From: Owenia fusiformis
Lineage: Eukaryota
DNA length: 64,000 nucleotides
Assembly: GCA_903813345.2 (NCBI GenBank)
Contig: CAIIXF020000001.1
Location: forward strand, 13,640,001 to 13,704,000
Direction: 5' to 3'
The first letter of the stretch is position 1. Each line of letters starts with the position of its first letter. Under the pieces are notes generated by a model that was given only the letters and a program-made list of their open reading frames with translations, was not told the DNA's origin and ran no database searches. Below, in pieces: positions 1 to 14,390 of the stretch. The position numbers were made by a program, and so were the translations under genes.

Positions 1-29
1 GACCTTAAAATGCGATTTCTATTAAAAAG

Positions 30-435
30 TTACTGTTGTCAAGGATATTATTCCTATTTTATATAGTCAGTGTTTTTTAAATATACCAATAACCATTTCA
101 TTAGTTTTTGACAAAGTAAATAATTATAGGGCTCACACAAGGATCAACTTTGTTCATAGCATTTTCATATTAAGTGATGTTTTGAAAAAATACGAAGGTA
201 AACTCAATTTTATTTTTTATTTGTTGAAGAAAAAACAATTATATGTTTGTTTTCTTGTTTCGACTGAAAAATCTCAATTCATCGCCCTTGCTTCGCAAGC
301 AGGAGAGTCTACACCAGTACGAAAAAGTCTTCAAAAAGTTGATCCTTGTGTGAGCCCTACAATTATTTACTTTGTCAAAAACATATATAATGGTTATTCG
401 GATATATAAAAAATAGGAATAGTATCATTGACTTT
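30..435. mobile_element. Foldback MITE, copy 1
   Basis: Long inverted arms at ~106-151 and 336-380 (..TAGGGCTCACACAAGGATCAACTT), extending outward with mismatches. Confidence 0.8.
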
Positions 436-949
436 TGATTTTGAATAAAAAAGTATTACGAGCATATAGTGCATCACTTAGTTTATAGCTTGCAGACAGT
501 GATCTAAGAGGCATCATCTTGTAGTAATGGGTGTGACAGTGATGAGACGGGAATTGATTTTATTAATGCAAGTTTTGACAGTCCTAGTATTGATGGTTTA
601 TCTTACGGACGTCATATTAAAAGATACCAATTTGCATTACATCAACATCAAAGAAGTTTGATTTGTTCACAGATACGTGTCAGAGTGATACCTGTAGCAG
701 TTGCACTAGATTGATATACAACAAGATATGTGTGAGCATATATTGCAACATTTACTTAAGAGTTATAATTTTACTAAATCTGATGGAACATTAGATAATT
801 TAAGTCTATCTCTTTTGGTTTATTCAATTTGAATAGTACTTTTGCAATAAAGATACCTTAGTTTTGAAACATTAGCAGCAATTTCATTTCAAAAAGATCA
901 GTTTTCAACTTCGTACTATGTTTTGTTCATAAAATGTGTATTCAACACA

Positions 950-2058
950 GGTCAAAAGTCAGGGTAATTTCAAGTTTAAAATATCAATATCTTGGATAGT
1001 TGGCATTTTAAGACATTTTGCCGATGGTGTGACCCTTCACAACCGATGATTATGTGACCTGAGGTAAAGATCAACTGAATGGGTGTAGGTAATTTCAAGG
1101 TCAATATCTAGCAATTTGGTGTTTTAAGGCAATAACCCACATGCGAGTAGAAATAATCTTGATTTACGTCATTAAAAATTCAAAATTCAGTCAAAGTAAT
1201 ATCATATTTGAAATCTACATGTAAAATTACATCTCGAAATGTGGTTTTAAAAAGTGTTTATCAACTTTGAAAAATTAATTTTCTTTGAAAATGTGACTTC
1301 TAGCTCGGGGAGATTCCCCATAGACCCCATGCTATAAAACCACAAAAATGAAATATCTTTTCTTTGAGTGGACAGATAATATTTTGCTTTACTGGACATA
1401 TTTTCATTAGTATAAGTATCAGACATATAAGGGTTATATGAAAATTGAGCCACTTAAATTAATAATATTCAAGTTTAAGGGAACTTTCTTATATACCTGC
1501 CATGTTAATTGACCCGAATCAGCCACCTGGTGGTGAAACTGGTAACTGCCTACTCGCATTTGGGTAATTGAGAACAATTCTGACCCTTGACAACCGATTA
1601 TTAGGTGACCTGTTGTCAGGGTCAAGGTCTATAGGTCAAGATCATTTCAAGGTCATCAATATCTAAATATTTGGCGTTTTGTGAATCATGAATGTGTGAC
1701 CTGAGGTCAAGGTTATTTCAAGGTCAAATATCAGTATCTAAGTATTTGGTGTATTAAGGCCCTGGTATCTGCTGTGGCCCCTAGCGACTCATGATAGGGT
1801 GACTTCCAAGGTCAATATCTAGCAATTTGGAGTTTAAAGGCAATTGAGAACAATTGTGACCTTTGGAGACCAATGATTAGGTGACCTGGTTTCAAGGTCA
1901 TTTCAAGGTCAATATCTAAGTTGTTGGCAAATGTGGGGCTACAGTCCTATTTAATGACCAATGATAAAATGACCAGAGATCTATAAGTCAATGTTTATGG
2001 ATCAAGATCATTTCAAGGTCATAGCTCAATATCTAATTAGTATTTGGCGTTTTGGGGC
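950..2058. repeat. Degenerate tandem array (GTGACCT..GGTCA..TTTCAAGGTCAATATCT), HINE-like interior
   Basis: About 8 diverged units of ~60-90 bp, interrupted by the 1133-1566 MITE. Confidence 0.65.
1133..1566. mobile_element. ~430-bp MITE (TIR ACCCA.ATGCGAGTAG)
   Basis: TIRs at 1135-1150 and 1550-1565. A diverged inverted copy lies at ~43539-43948. Confidence 0.8.
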
Positions 2059-3070
2059 TGAACGTGTTTTTGTGAAAACAATATGATTTTTCTTATGTAA
2101 AGTCCCTGTGATAAAAATGATATCATCCAACTTCTTCACTTGAAAAGAAAAAAACATCATGAATCCCCCTCAACCTTTATTTTTCAACTTATTTTTTATG
2201 ATTTCATTCTGGTTTAATTACTTGACAACTTAATGATACACTACATGATTTTACTACTATATGTACGGGTATAAGCATCAAATGTGGTGCCACCTGTTAT
2301 TAATAACATTCGTAATAATGCTTGAATGTATCAAAAAATTGAAATTGAAAATATAAATATTTGAAAATATATCTGAAATATTATTGATAAGATCCCCACC
2401 TTGTCACTTTTTGAAAAATATTAGGCTTATTTTCTAAAGTATTTTTTCTTAATTCGAATATATCAAAAGTTCTTCTACGCTAATGAATTAACAAATTCTG
2501 AAAAGGGGACGGGTATTGAAATGCGATAAAGTTAAAAACCATAAGTTCCATGTTATTTTCCATTGGAAAAACTCAAACTATCCATTGTTTTCAACATAAT
2601 TGTGGTCATTGAAAATTAATATCTCCAAAACTAGACTTTCATTACAATTCTACTAATGAAAAAGTTTTAGATCACTTGTTGAATAATATTTTCATGCAAT
2701 TCAAATAAAAAAGAAGAACCTCTGTTGAGTAAATAATTTCAAAAAATGTTGAGAAGGGTTCCCCATTCATAGTTTTTTAGATTGTTTGAATGATATTTTT
2801 ATAATCATTGAGAATTGAATTTTCTTGAAAGATAACATATTGTGTTTTTGAGAAATGTCATATTTATATTGAGAAAGTAGTCATGGTAAAATATATGACG
2901 ATCAGATATCACTTGCCATACTATACCTGGTCCTTTGCCAATTTGAAGTGAATTGTAAAATCATATCGGAAGAGAGGACATCCAAATATGAGGTCATTAG
3001 TTTAATGACTGCAATCAGTAATCAACAGCCACGAGAGTTACTTTCTCTAGTAATTCTGAATTGGATCAGC

Positions 3071-3097
3071 ATTGTATTGTATTGTATTGTATTGTAT
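3071..3097. repeat. (ATTGT)5 microsatellite
   Basis: Seen directly. Confidence 0.9.
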
Positions 3098-3449
3098 AAT
3101 ATGACCATTTAATTCACACTAGTGTCTTCATATGCCTGGACTAAAAAATCCCGAATCTGTTTGGGTGAAATAACCAAATGTGACCAATAATATGAGTATA
3201 TTTGAGTATTGTCTCTTCACTTTCCAGTCAAAAATGTAAGATTTAAAAATATTTTTACAAATAATTGCAGTAAAACATGCAAAATATAATGCACATTGGT
3301 TATTGAAATGTAAAGATAGTCCATGAGGGTATGGTTATATTATTAAAAACAATTATGGTAAAAATTGGGTATTTCTAACCATATAATGCTTTTTATTCCA
3401 AGTTCAAAGACATTCTTCCTATTTTACCTCTGAAATGATTTTCATACCA

Positions 3450-3830
3450 CCGAATAACCATTATATCAGTTTCTGGCAAAGTAAATAAGTGTAGGGCTTA
3501 CACAAGGATCAACGTTTTTTAAGACTGTTTATGTACTTGTATATCCCCTGCCGTTCTAAGAGGAAGAGCAATGAATTGCGATTTTCAGTCAAAACAATGA
3601 AATAAACACAATCTGTTTATTTTGTTAAACATTTAACAAATAAAATTGTGTTTAACCTTATATTTTTTCAAAACATCACTAAATATGAAAATATTGCAAA
3701 TAAAGTTGATCCTTGTGTGAGCCCTATATTTGTTTACTTTGCCAAAAATGAATATAATGGTAATCAAAATATTTTGAAAACATTGAATAGGTGAAATAGG
3801 AATATTATCATTAACAACCATGACTTTTGA
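3450..3830. mobile_element. Foldback MITE, copy 2 (inverted relative to copy 1)
   Basis: Same TAGGGCT.ACACAAGGATCAAC arms; the interior is the reverse complement of copy 1. Confidence 0.8.
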
Positions 3831-4401
3831 ATAAATATGGTATTTTCAGGTCAGAAATATATAATTCTTCACAATTATTGTTTTTTATAAAAATGGCCAC
3901 ACGCAAATGGACTATCATACTAATCAATATCAAATTTGCCTCCTTTATTGTATACCCATTGCTATTATTTGAAAAAAATAATTTTTTATCAAACTCATCT
4001 TTTTGATGGTTGCACCTTGGTGCAAGCCGTTTAGCCCTTTCGTGTCACCTTTTTGAGTGCAGACAAGTAAAAATGAATAGTTGATGGACCAATCTATAAT
4101 GATAATGGGTCACTTCATAGTAAGCTACCACAACATAGGTTTTTGTGATTTTCTGGGGTTTTGGCACACACTATGTCATTGTAATTGGATTTGGATCTTA
4201 CTTCAAGAAATGTCTGTTTTAATCATACCGATAAGTGATTAAAGTAGTAGAAAATGCACTAGTTTACAACAGTAATAAAATTTAGTCATCATTTCCAGAT
4301 ATTAACATCTCCTATGACACATCAATTCAGGAATTTTTTCCTCAACTTCTGACACCTGCAGGACAAAGGATAAATCAAAAAGGTGTGATGTAAGTACTGA
4401 C

Positions 4402-7400
4402 CTGCTCTAATACAAAACTATCGTCAAATCGTGAAATTATCACTGTCGATAGATGGTCCTCATCCTTCACTTTATCTGGGGGTCCAGCCTTCTCTATGGC
4501 AGCTACAACTGCAGCTATATCAGTGTTCGTTGAGAATGACGTTCGTGGTGGAGCTTTTGTTCGTGCTGATCGCTTAGTACGCTCAACAGGGGCAACAACT
4601 GCTGCAGATCGTTTCTGGTTTTTCTTACCTATACTTTTACCTTTTGATCCCTGTAAAACAATATATGATGCGAATGTAAAATAACATATGATGCAATGTA
4701 AAATAACATATGAAGTGACTGGAGGCAATAGAATCAAAAATAGAACTACATTAATTATTATTCTATTTTCTGAAATAGCTGTAAATGAGTAACATCTGAC
4801 TTTTGTTTTATGATCATAAGAACTTACCCTGGGTCGCCCACTTGGGCGTTTCAGTAAGCCCATACCCATAGGTTTTCCCTTGCCTGGACCTGGGGGTAAG
4901 AGGGGACTACTCCCATCCTCACTCTTCTCTCCCTCTGCCAGGCAAACCTAAATGTACACAGTTCATGAGTTAAGCACACTTATTCTCTTACAATAAAGTA
5001 CAACAATTTGTTACAAAATCATTTTCGTGAAAATTAAGTGTCATTTAAATCGAAAGGTGTATTTGAGAAAAATTAACATATATAGATTGCAACGGAGCTG
5101 TTTTATAACTAAAACACACTCTTTGGGTGAAACTATTATAATTAAAAACTCTGAACAGTACCATAAAATATATAACATCAGAAGTCACATCCCCACAAAA
5201 CCATGTTTTTAGGAACATTAATTCTAGATTTGAACAAAATATGCAATCTGGAAATATGAAATAAGTGTGCTTTACCTTTTCTTGATCCACATCCATATTC
5301 ATTGAAGATTCATCAACAGGCAATGAATCCTGGGATGTTTGGAGGATGTCCTCTTGGCCTGTGTCATCATGTACAGAGCTACTATCTCCATCCGCTGTAA
5401 AAAATAAAATGTAACTGCTATGGCTCTCCAAAAGATATTTCTTTTTTGTACCTTTGTTAGACTGTTATGAATACCTCAAATTGTTACTTTCTATTGCCTT
5501 GAAAAGTTGGAGACAATATGTCACCATTTGTGGTGGTCTGACTCAAAAGTCATATCAAAAATGTCCAAGTTAGCATATTGGCTGTCAACAGACTTTTTAA
5601 GTCTGGTGGAAAAATGCAATGCAGCTAAACCAAGGTAATATGAAAGAAAGGTCTAAATGGAGCATGATGACTTTCACTATAATCAAAAAGATTTATGATG
5701 ACCAATTTTGATTACTGATTTCATATTACATTTCAATGACAATCAAGGCAACCATCATCTCATTCTCTACTTTTTCCATCACATTATGATCCTGGCGCAT
5801 TTATCCTTAACAAATCAACTTACGTTTCAGTGTGTTTTCTTCCACATCTTCTTTCATGTCCAGTTCCTCTATGACACCACTGTGTATGCTGCTCAGATTA
5901 CTGCTCTCCTGTAATACAATTTTCAGTTTAATATCTCAATATAAATTCAACATTATCTGATAATAACACCCCAGTCACATTTCCTACGGCGACTTTGCGG
6001 TCTATCATTTCTGCGGCCAGTAACATTTCTACGCTCGCCGTGGAATTTCTGCGCTCTCATACTTTTGCAGTCACATTTCCCACGGCAGCCGCACGGTGAA
6101 TTTTAAATTTCTGTTGATAAATAATACTTTTTTTCATTTTATTTACATCGGGACAATTTATAAATGTTATTCATAGTGCTAGGATGTAATATCAAATGAA
6201 AAGTGATCGTGAAACATTGACAAATAATGATTCAATCTTGTTGAGCCAATTGATTTCTACGGGGACCTCAGAAATGAACAAATATTATAACTCCGAGTTA
6301 TAATTTCTACGGCGACCCTGCGGCCTGTAAAAAACTGGATACGCCGTACGGAGGCCGCAAGGCGAGCGTAGTTTTCCTACGCTCGCCGCAGAAATACACT
6401 GATTTAATTGATCTGCGGTCGACGCACGGTCTCCGTACGACAAATGTGACTGGGGTGTAAACAATCGCACCATTTGTGCTAACATGCTAATATCTTCTTT
6501 CAACGATTTGGTATGCATGAATCTGTAAATACATTGGTTAAATATTTTGCCATGAGACGAGTTTGTAACAAAACAATTTATGTTTTATACATACCTCTAC
6601 ATCCATGGGCATCATAGGATTTCCATTCTTACACACAGGACATGAATAATCACTGTTTTCTATGCCATCAGTCTGCTGCTTCTTAATGACAGCTTCATCA
6701 ATGGTCTCATCACAGTCTGAGTGCACATGTCTGAAACAGAGAGGAGATGTATGTAATACACTATTTAAGGTAGCAGTAACATTGGCTGTAAGCTGTCTCT
6801 CCCTATGGATAGCAGGGATTAGAAAAACTGTGTAGGAAGAACTATGAGATTCTAGAGATGGAAGTGTATACATGACGGATGTACTGTTTTTCAGTAGTGC
6901 CCAATCCAAGATGAAGGTTTAAAAAGTATTTTGAAACTGGAATCGATTTGTTTTACATTTTTTAAAGTACTCACTTTTTACAGCCAGTGCACATGACCAT
7001 TGCCTTCTGTGTAAACTGCCTATAAGCTTTGCCACACATAGGGCAGGAGAGACCTTTGTTCCTCTGCTGATAGCAGCTATCACATACAGTGTAGTTGAGG
7101 TGCCACCTAGAACTGGGCCCTGACCCAGGTGTCCTAGACCCACAGTCACCACAAACACGACAATTCTGCAATCCAAGCAGTTCATTGTACAGTAAAAACT
7201 GTCAAAGTGTAACATTAAAACTCAAATTTATACAAACTAAATTTCAACTTTCCAGGTGTAAAACTTGGAGAAATTATTTCAATTACAAAGTCTGAACAAA
7301 TTTGGATGATGATTTTCAGATTAATGTTCACCCATTGTACATACTGTAATTTTTAATATAAAAACTTCTGTATAACTCTATACACTCCTTGTGATGTTGA

Positions 7401-10400
7401 AATTGTCAAACTAGAGAACAAACCTTGCACTTCCAACCATTCTTTGGTATAGTTGTCATGACTGGTTTGAGACAGAATGTATGATAGCCTTTGTCACATA
7501 TGTCACACACTAACATTTTATTGTCATCCCCTGGTTGCCTGGAAAACAGTATTCAGCAGAGCTGTGATACTCAATGTACAAACTTAACTCTCAAAATTAC
7601 AATTCATCAATTTTAGCCACAAAAAAAGAAGCGACCTCATTATTTCTTTACAAGTAGGGCTCTCTTACATAATACAAACACTGTGATAGAAACCAGTAAC
7701 CATTATCTTATTTATCATTTTACAATCACATATAATATAATATAAACACATAATATAATATATGTTTGCATTTATTAATTAAATGACACATAGAAAATAC
7801 AGGGAACATGCACACACTGAACTTTCAACTGACCTGCATGTCTGACAGATTTTACATTCCGGGCACTGCCAACCCGCTCTCACGACAGGGTTAGTTTCCA
7901 CAGTGGGGTCGAGACAGGTTCCATGATAGTGCTGACCACAGCTGGTACAGAACAGCTGCTCTACGATATCTCCCGGGAGATCACATACGACACAATTGGC
8001 TTCTTCTCCAGCTGGACACAAACAATAAAATGGTTTATTATTCAAATCAAAAATGAAATTTTTGTAATTTGCTGTTCAAGTCTCCACCTGACATGAGCAA
8101 AAAGTACATAAAATACAGTATTTATTTTGGCAGTATTTATTCATAATCAAAAATCAAAACGCCAAGCAAAAAATGTGAATAATACAAAAGCCTTGAAAAA
8201 TACATCTATACAATGTAGATAAAAAATATCTCAAACTCCCCTTTGATATTCAAAATAATCAAAATAAAATTTTGCTTGAACATGAAGGATGTAAAGTTCT
8301 TGAACTTACCTATGCTGACAGCCTGGTCAGTATGTTCGGGACAGAGAAGGGACAGTGTCTTGATGTCTTGGAAGCACCCCCCAGCAGATGCACAGGGGTA
8401 GTGATATTTCTTATTGCACTTGGGATAGCGACATAAAATGGTAGCACCAAATCGCCGACAATAATTGCATTTCTGGCTCATACCAGCAAAAACGGCTTTA
8501 TCAACGAACTGTAGGGAATAGTCCTCGGCCTGGATGACTCCCTCGGACCATGCAGCGCAACAATGGTGAGCCCAGGTGTGGCTGGACTCCTCATAGAGAT
8601 CATGAATGTCAACATCTTCCTTGAAACCTACCACAGACAGCTCATCAACGATGGCACAAGGCCGGCCATCATCTGTTGTAGCATGGGGATTTGGTCTCCG
8701 AGGAGATTTGCTTCTTTCTCTGTACAAACAAAATATAAATCAATTTTCATCAAAAAATAAAATATTTGAACCAAGGGAGGAATGGCAAAAGTTGAAGACT
8801 TATATTTATCTTTGTATTTAGACATAATGTTTGCCCAAAATAACTCAAATTTTACACATTAGTAATACATACATAACACTTGACTATGACTTTACTACTA
8901 CAAAATCAACGCTTATATTTACCTATTGGATCTAAGGGGACCCCTATTTCTCCTCCATGTAAGAGGCTTAGGGCTTTTATCAGGTTTATCGCTATCATTT
9001 TCTCCTGAGCTTCGTCGCTTAAGAGCAGCTTGTTTTTTAAATGGGTTGAAGTTATTCGTGGGCTCATAGCGGCCTATATCACCTTGGCCTAACAGGCTCC
9101 TAGCACCCAGATTACACAGGGAGCAGATCTTATCAGAGTGTTCAAACCTAGAAATATGCATTCCCATTTCACCATCAGTTCTCAACCATAAAATTTGTGA
9201 AATCTTTCTTCAACTTTTTTTTAACAAAAACGAATTCATCTTATCATATTTCATCATTGCTGACACCTTCATATAACTATACTTGGCCTATACTGTAAAA
9301 GCACAATTTATATTTAACATTTTCGTAATATTCCTTCGTAATATTATTCAGATATGATATATTCCCGGCTGATATCTACCCAAAACCCACTCAAGTATGG
9401 GATACAGTGATATACATTCACTATATTATAAAAATGTTCATATATGCATATATGAGATAAATTACATATTCAGATTGACAATCTTAACAACTTACATTGG
9501 TTCACCAGATTGATTAGAGTCTTCTGAGGCAAGCCTCTCAACTGGAGCTGGTGGAGCAAAGCCAGGAGTGGAAGCCCTTGAACTACCCGCTGAAAACACA
9601 AACAGAAAACATCAAATATCAAAGGATAGAGTTGAAAAATGTAGAACAGAGCTATATTAGTAAGCTTTCTGTTATATTCAAAAGCTTAAAATAAAAAGAA
9701 TTCCAAGTGTTACAGAATAACATGCATTGTATCAGAAATACAGACGAAATTACACTCCACGTGGTTGACATTTTTACATCAGGAAATCTACATGTAAGTG
9801 ATGATGTAATGTTTTCTACATTGTATACTATTGTAACAACTAAAGCATATACCTGAATGCAAGGTGTTCACATCATCGGGACATACATCCATGATATCTT
9901 CAGCTTGTGATGGGGCATCTTCTAATGATTCAGTATCCTGGGGAAGCAGTTCTACTGTATCACTAGATGACGTCTCTGGGGTTCCTTCTTTACTCTTTGG
10001 CTTACGACTGCAATAAAATTATGTATATTGTATACATGTAATAATTGTTATGTATATATTTCATCAAAAGTTTTATACACAGCAAAACACCATGCTACTT
10101 TGTTGTATCCAATTTGTGCAAATTAGGTTTCCATTTTTTGCTTTATATTTGCTTCATCGTCCACATCAGTTACATTTGCACCAGACACCAGCTGATAAGT
10201 GAAATAAGTTAAGCACCCGCAAACAATTTGGTGCATTAAATCGAATGTAGTAATCTGAAGGATACTGTAGGGAGCATGTAAGACTTAGATTGCAAGGATA
10301 TCGTAATGCTATTTGATGATGACCGGAAGATCTTTGTACCACAACCTTATGCACTTACAGGACACCAGTGGGTCAGAATAAATTGAGAAAACATCATCAA

Positions 10401-12705
10401 CTTTTGTCTCTGCGACAAAAAGCTTCCAGAAACTATATTCAGCAGATAGTAACCATAAAATTCATCATCCAGGTGTCAGTTCGGAAATCGAAGAAAATGT
10501 GACTTAGGTATAAGAAAAAACATTAATTTTACCCTAATGCTACTAGTTTCCCCAGTCACCAATTATCAAAAGGACTTTCAAGAGAATTTTAAAGTCCCCA
10601 TATAAACTTTAAACCACTTTGGCTTATATTTTAGTCTTACCCAATGTTGTCAGTGTGATATTAGAAATTTTTTTTTTTAATTTCAAAAAGTGGTTTTTGA
10701 AGGACTTTTTTTCAAAAATTGTGAATTTATTTAAAACTAACTTCTAGAGGTCCCACTATCTTTTTATAAGCTAAAATTCATACCAATGCATAGCTTTCAT
10801 AAATTGCCATAGAAAAATTCAATTTTTTCAAAAAGTCTTTGCTACCTGAGTGAGTTATAATGACATCACTAGTGTTGCAAAATATTTTTGATATGCTAAA
10901 ACATTGAAGTGGTCCATTAAATATGGCATTTTATTATTGAAATAGTGTGTCCTTTGTTCAATCTTTGCATTGGTGTTAAAAAGATAACCTTTTTTGAAAT
11001 GTATGAAGAAATATTTGATGATTAAAAATCTTTTCAATTATTTTTGAAAAATGGCAGGATTTGAATATTTGAGAAATGAAATGCTCACAACTTTCTTTTC
11101 AAAAATCTCTAAAATAACTTTTAAAGTCATGATAAATAGTAAATGAATGATAAAACAAAAATATTTTCAAACTTTACATGGGGACTTTAAGTGATTAATT
11201 TCAACATTTCTTTCCAATGTAATTTTAATGAATTCTTTGAAAACAGCGATTAGTGAAGAACATGTATCTAGTTTTTTCTGAAGGTAAGGGTAAGCCATGT
11301 AAGATATATACCTATCTCTGAAATAGTACTTTTTTCACTCAAGAATATTTAGTTAAGAAAGTTCATTGACCTGACATGAATAAAATCCATATAGATTGAA
11401 AATACTGGTACAAGTAAAGTAAAACATTAGAGGTGGTTGACCTTAACAGATTGAGTACAGGGTCATCATAACATTATAAATATTGATTCTCAAAATTATC
11501 TGCTTTTAATGTTATAATAAGGACTTCTAAAAAGTAGGTGGCATTTTGAGTGTCATTCGCTTCTTTGATTGGGTTGTTTTCGGAAATTTTTCTCAAGATT
11601 ATTTTGCAAAGACAGCTTGAATTTTAGCATTCAACAGATAAAAACTTAGCATAATCTATAGAACACCCAGCAAAAACTGTACAAGTTGAAACTCAAACAG
11701 CCTTAATTGCAACACGTTATTCAATCTGGAAATTTGTTACATGATACAGGCTTGAATATTGTCAAAAATGTGATATTTTGATGACAAAAAGTTGATTATC
11801 CAGGATGTGGCAAAAATAAGAGCTGACATCAATTTAATTATAAATTACAAGCATGAAGCTTCATGAAACAGACATAAGCATTGGTTCAGAAGAATTGCAA
11901 TATTTATTTGCCGGAAAATTGTCGATGGATGGATGCAGAATTTTGCATGAGACCTCCCTCCCATGTGGGCATGTATGCGGAATTTCACAAAAATTTGGCC
12001 TGTATAATTCTTCACCCCAAGGCAAAATAAATGTGTCAATTTCTCCACCATGGGAGCAATAAATCTGATCAACTATTCCCGAACCCTGGGCCCTTCCAAC
12101 GAATCTACTCTTATTAAACACCATATTTCCTTGTTAGCAGGCTAATGTTCATGATTTTTGAGGGATACACGTGCAGTACTTTGTTTATATCAATATTTTA
12201 ATGTATAGAGATACCATATATGGTCATAGGATTCTTCGCAGAAAGCCTAGTACTTGTGCTACAATTAATTTATCAATGAAAAGTTCTCCACGAGGCTTAC
12301 ATTTACCAAAGCAGCTTTTTTAAATGACACAATTGTCCACATAATTAAAAGTCAACGAAAATATAGCCCATTCAAATGACGTTTCAACATGATGTCTTCT
12401 AGTAGAATGTCAGAGAATTCTGTTCAAATCGCTGATAGTTTTGACAAAAATGAGCTGGGAAGGGGCATGGTTTGTATCTGTTCAACAAAAGTGGAGAATA
12501 TCGTTCAATCATTTTTATGGAATAGGCTGGCGAATTGTAGAGTTTGACAGACACAAATCCACATCGTACCTGTTGAGTGATATTAATGTACCAACCTCTT
12601 TTTCTTTGGCACTGGTGAAACACCATCTCTCCTGGTAGCCCTAGTAGACATTGCTTCAGTGTCATCAAACTGTGTTGGGGTTGTATCTCTGCTTGATGAA
12701 GACAT
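4402..12705 (-). CDS. KMT2C: Histone-lysine N-methyltransferase 2C/2D (MLL3/4)-like, N-terminal coding exons; gene continues beyond the left edge
   Basis: Phase-compatible GT-AG exons read by eye: 12596-12705 (ATG, MSSSSRD...RRDGVSPVPKKK), 9853-10007, 9496-9589, 8923-9147, 8310-8719, 7834-8011, 7424-7538, 6975-7165, 6595-6730, 5824-5908, 5276-5394, 4828-4947, 4402-4650. They encode an extended PHD (CSLCNLG..SLLGQG..WAHHCCAAWS..YHYPCA) and tandem PHD fingers (CTSCGQHYHGTC..GWQCPECK; CDICDKGYHTFCL..GWKCK). The DEDHLSTVII..DSFVLEQ segment precedes the second PHD cluster in KMT2C. Confidence 0.92.
5967..6457. mobile_element. PIF/Harbinger-like MITE in a KMT2C intron
   Basis: TAA|CACCCCAGTCACATTT ... 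AAATGTGACTGGGGTG|TAA, i.e. a 3-bp TAA TSD. Internal ATTTC(C)TACG repeats. Confidence 0.85.
10593..11186. mobile_element. Kolobok-like MITE (TTAA TSD)
   Basis: TTAA|AGTCCCCATATAAACTTT ... AAACTTTACATGGGGACT|TTAA. Confidence 0.8.
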
Positions 12706-14198
12706 ATTGCTATATCCTTGCTTTTCTATAGAACAAAAAATGCAAGTTTAATTACATGTGTACCTAGATTGCAAACCAACACTGGGAATAAATAGCTTTA
12801 AATTTAAAGATTTAGTACAGTCTTAAGGTTCTCACAGGCATGATGGAAATAATGACAATTATGATAAGGGGTAATTCTGTTGAAGGGAGGTTTAGATTAA
12901 AACAATTTAGTTTTTAAAACTGGGCTGATAGTGATCAGCGAGTGTTGAGGTAGTCTTCACTTGGCTTGATACTTCTTGAATTGGTCATAAAAGTATATTT
13001 GGCCCAGCTTGACAAACGCTATCCCATGTAGAACTAATTTTATAATTATCTTCAATTCATCAGCTTATTTTATTTTTTTAACCAATTCGTGGACAATGCA
13101 AATCATAATAAAGAAAAATGTCTGTGCTGCAACATTTACTTTTCACTCCATTCATTTAATAGATGTAGATTTGAACTCATGAACAAATCATAGAGTATTA
13201 GCAATGCAAATGCTTGCAGACTGTGAACTTTTCTCATATGATTGCTTATGATCTTGTATATGCGCTTAGTACACATTCTCTGGTTTCTATTATATAAATA
13301 CTTATAGTGACACTCGAACAACGAAAACGTGGAAATGTCGTTATTTTCTGAAATTATAACCAACTATAAATTCAAAATAAACAGTTCAAAAGATTCGAAC
13401 CAATATCTTGATCATTTCTTGTGAGTTTTAGAATTTATCATTGGCAAATGAGTCCCAAAATTCACGATTTAGATGTTGAAGTGAACAAAATGGTGGCTGT
13501 TTGAATTCAAATTTTGTATCCCGACATGCCCATATATGGGTCAGAATATTGATGTTGCACTCTGGGAGCCAATCCTCCTTGAACACCCAGATAAAAGTGT
13601 TATAATCGTAACTGGGATAGTAAGGTGCAGGATTGTTTATATTGTTGTTACATAGCAATACCCCCCACCCCCCTTCCAACAAGTTTGTCACCAATATGAG
13701 CATTTTCAAGCGATATTGTGCCCAAATTATCAAATCTAAACCCCCTGGAGGTTTTTCATAACATTATACTGACGTCATATTATCTCGAACCGAGACGAAA
13801 TGCACAAAATGCATCTCAATCATTGCGCCAAGAACATGAAGATTGCTCAAAAACATATTTAATTAAAAATATTTGAGCTTTACAAAATGAAATGACTAAA
13901 TTATAGCTAGATCAAGGTTTGTAGGTTATCCTGTAACATGATAAAGTGGCCCCCCGATAAAGCTGCTGCGCCCATGCCAGTGAAATTAATTGATCTAAAA
14001 GACTGAAAGTGATCGAACTTCCTACTCACTGAGAATGAATAAAATTACGTTTAATATATCAGTATACAGCATATGAACTACATTTTCTCCAAGCTATGGT
14101 GACTATCCCCACTGGGGAATACAAATATTCTGAAAAGTAGATAGCCAAATCGGGAATTCGTGGAGATCGAATTTTTGAAAAAACAATTTTGTCCTCAC

Positions 14199-14390
14199 CT
14201 CTTTGTGGTCTCCTTTCGCAAAAACTACACCACCGACATACTTCTTGATCAGCAAAAGTTTGGTTTACTATCTACATTGTATATATATTATGTTATTTTA
14301 CTTAAGTTCCATGTAGTTTTGTTGTAAATCCAAGTTTATATTCATTTTGACTGCCTATCGCTAATCAACTATCGGCAGCCATTTTAAACC
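14199..14390 (-). promoter_or_regulatory. Probable non-coding first exon and promoter of the KMT2C-like gene
   Basis: Donor AG|GTGAGG at 14199/14198, YY1-like AAAATGGCTGC at ~14376-14386 and local CpG enrichment. The ATG-bearing exon has an upstream acceptor at ~12725, so an earlier exon is required. Confidence 0.55.

Noticed and set aside
6285-6518. 77-aa ORF in a KMT2C intron
   Set aside because: Falls in the Harbinger-like MITE and is not needed for exon phase continuity.
11845-12124. Cluster of three short ORFs
   Set aside because: Intronic and repeat-like, with no recognisable protein signal.
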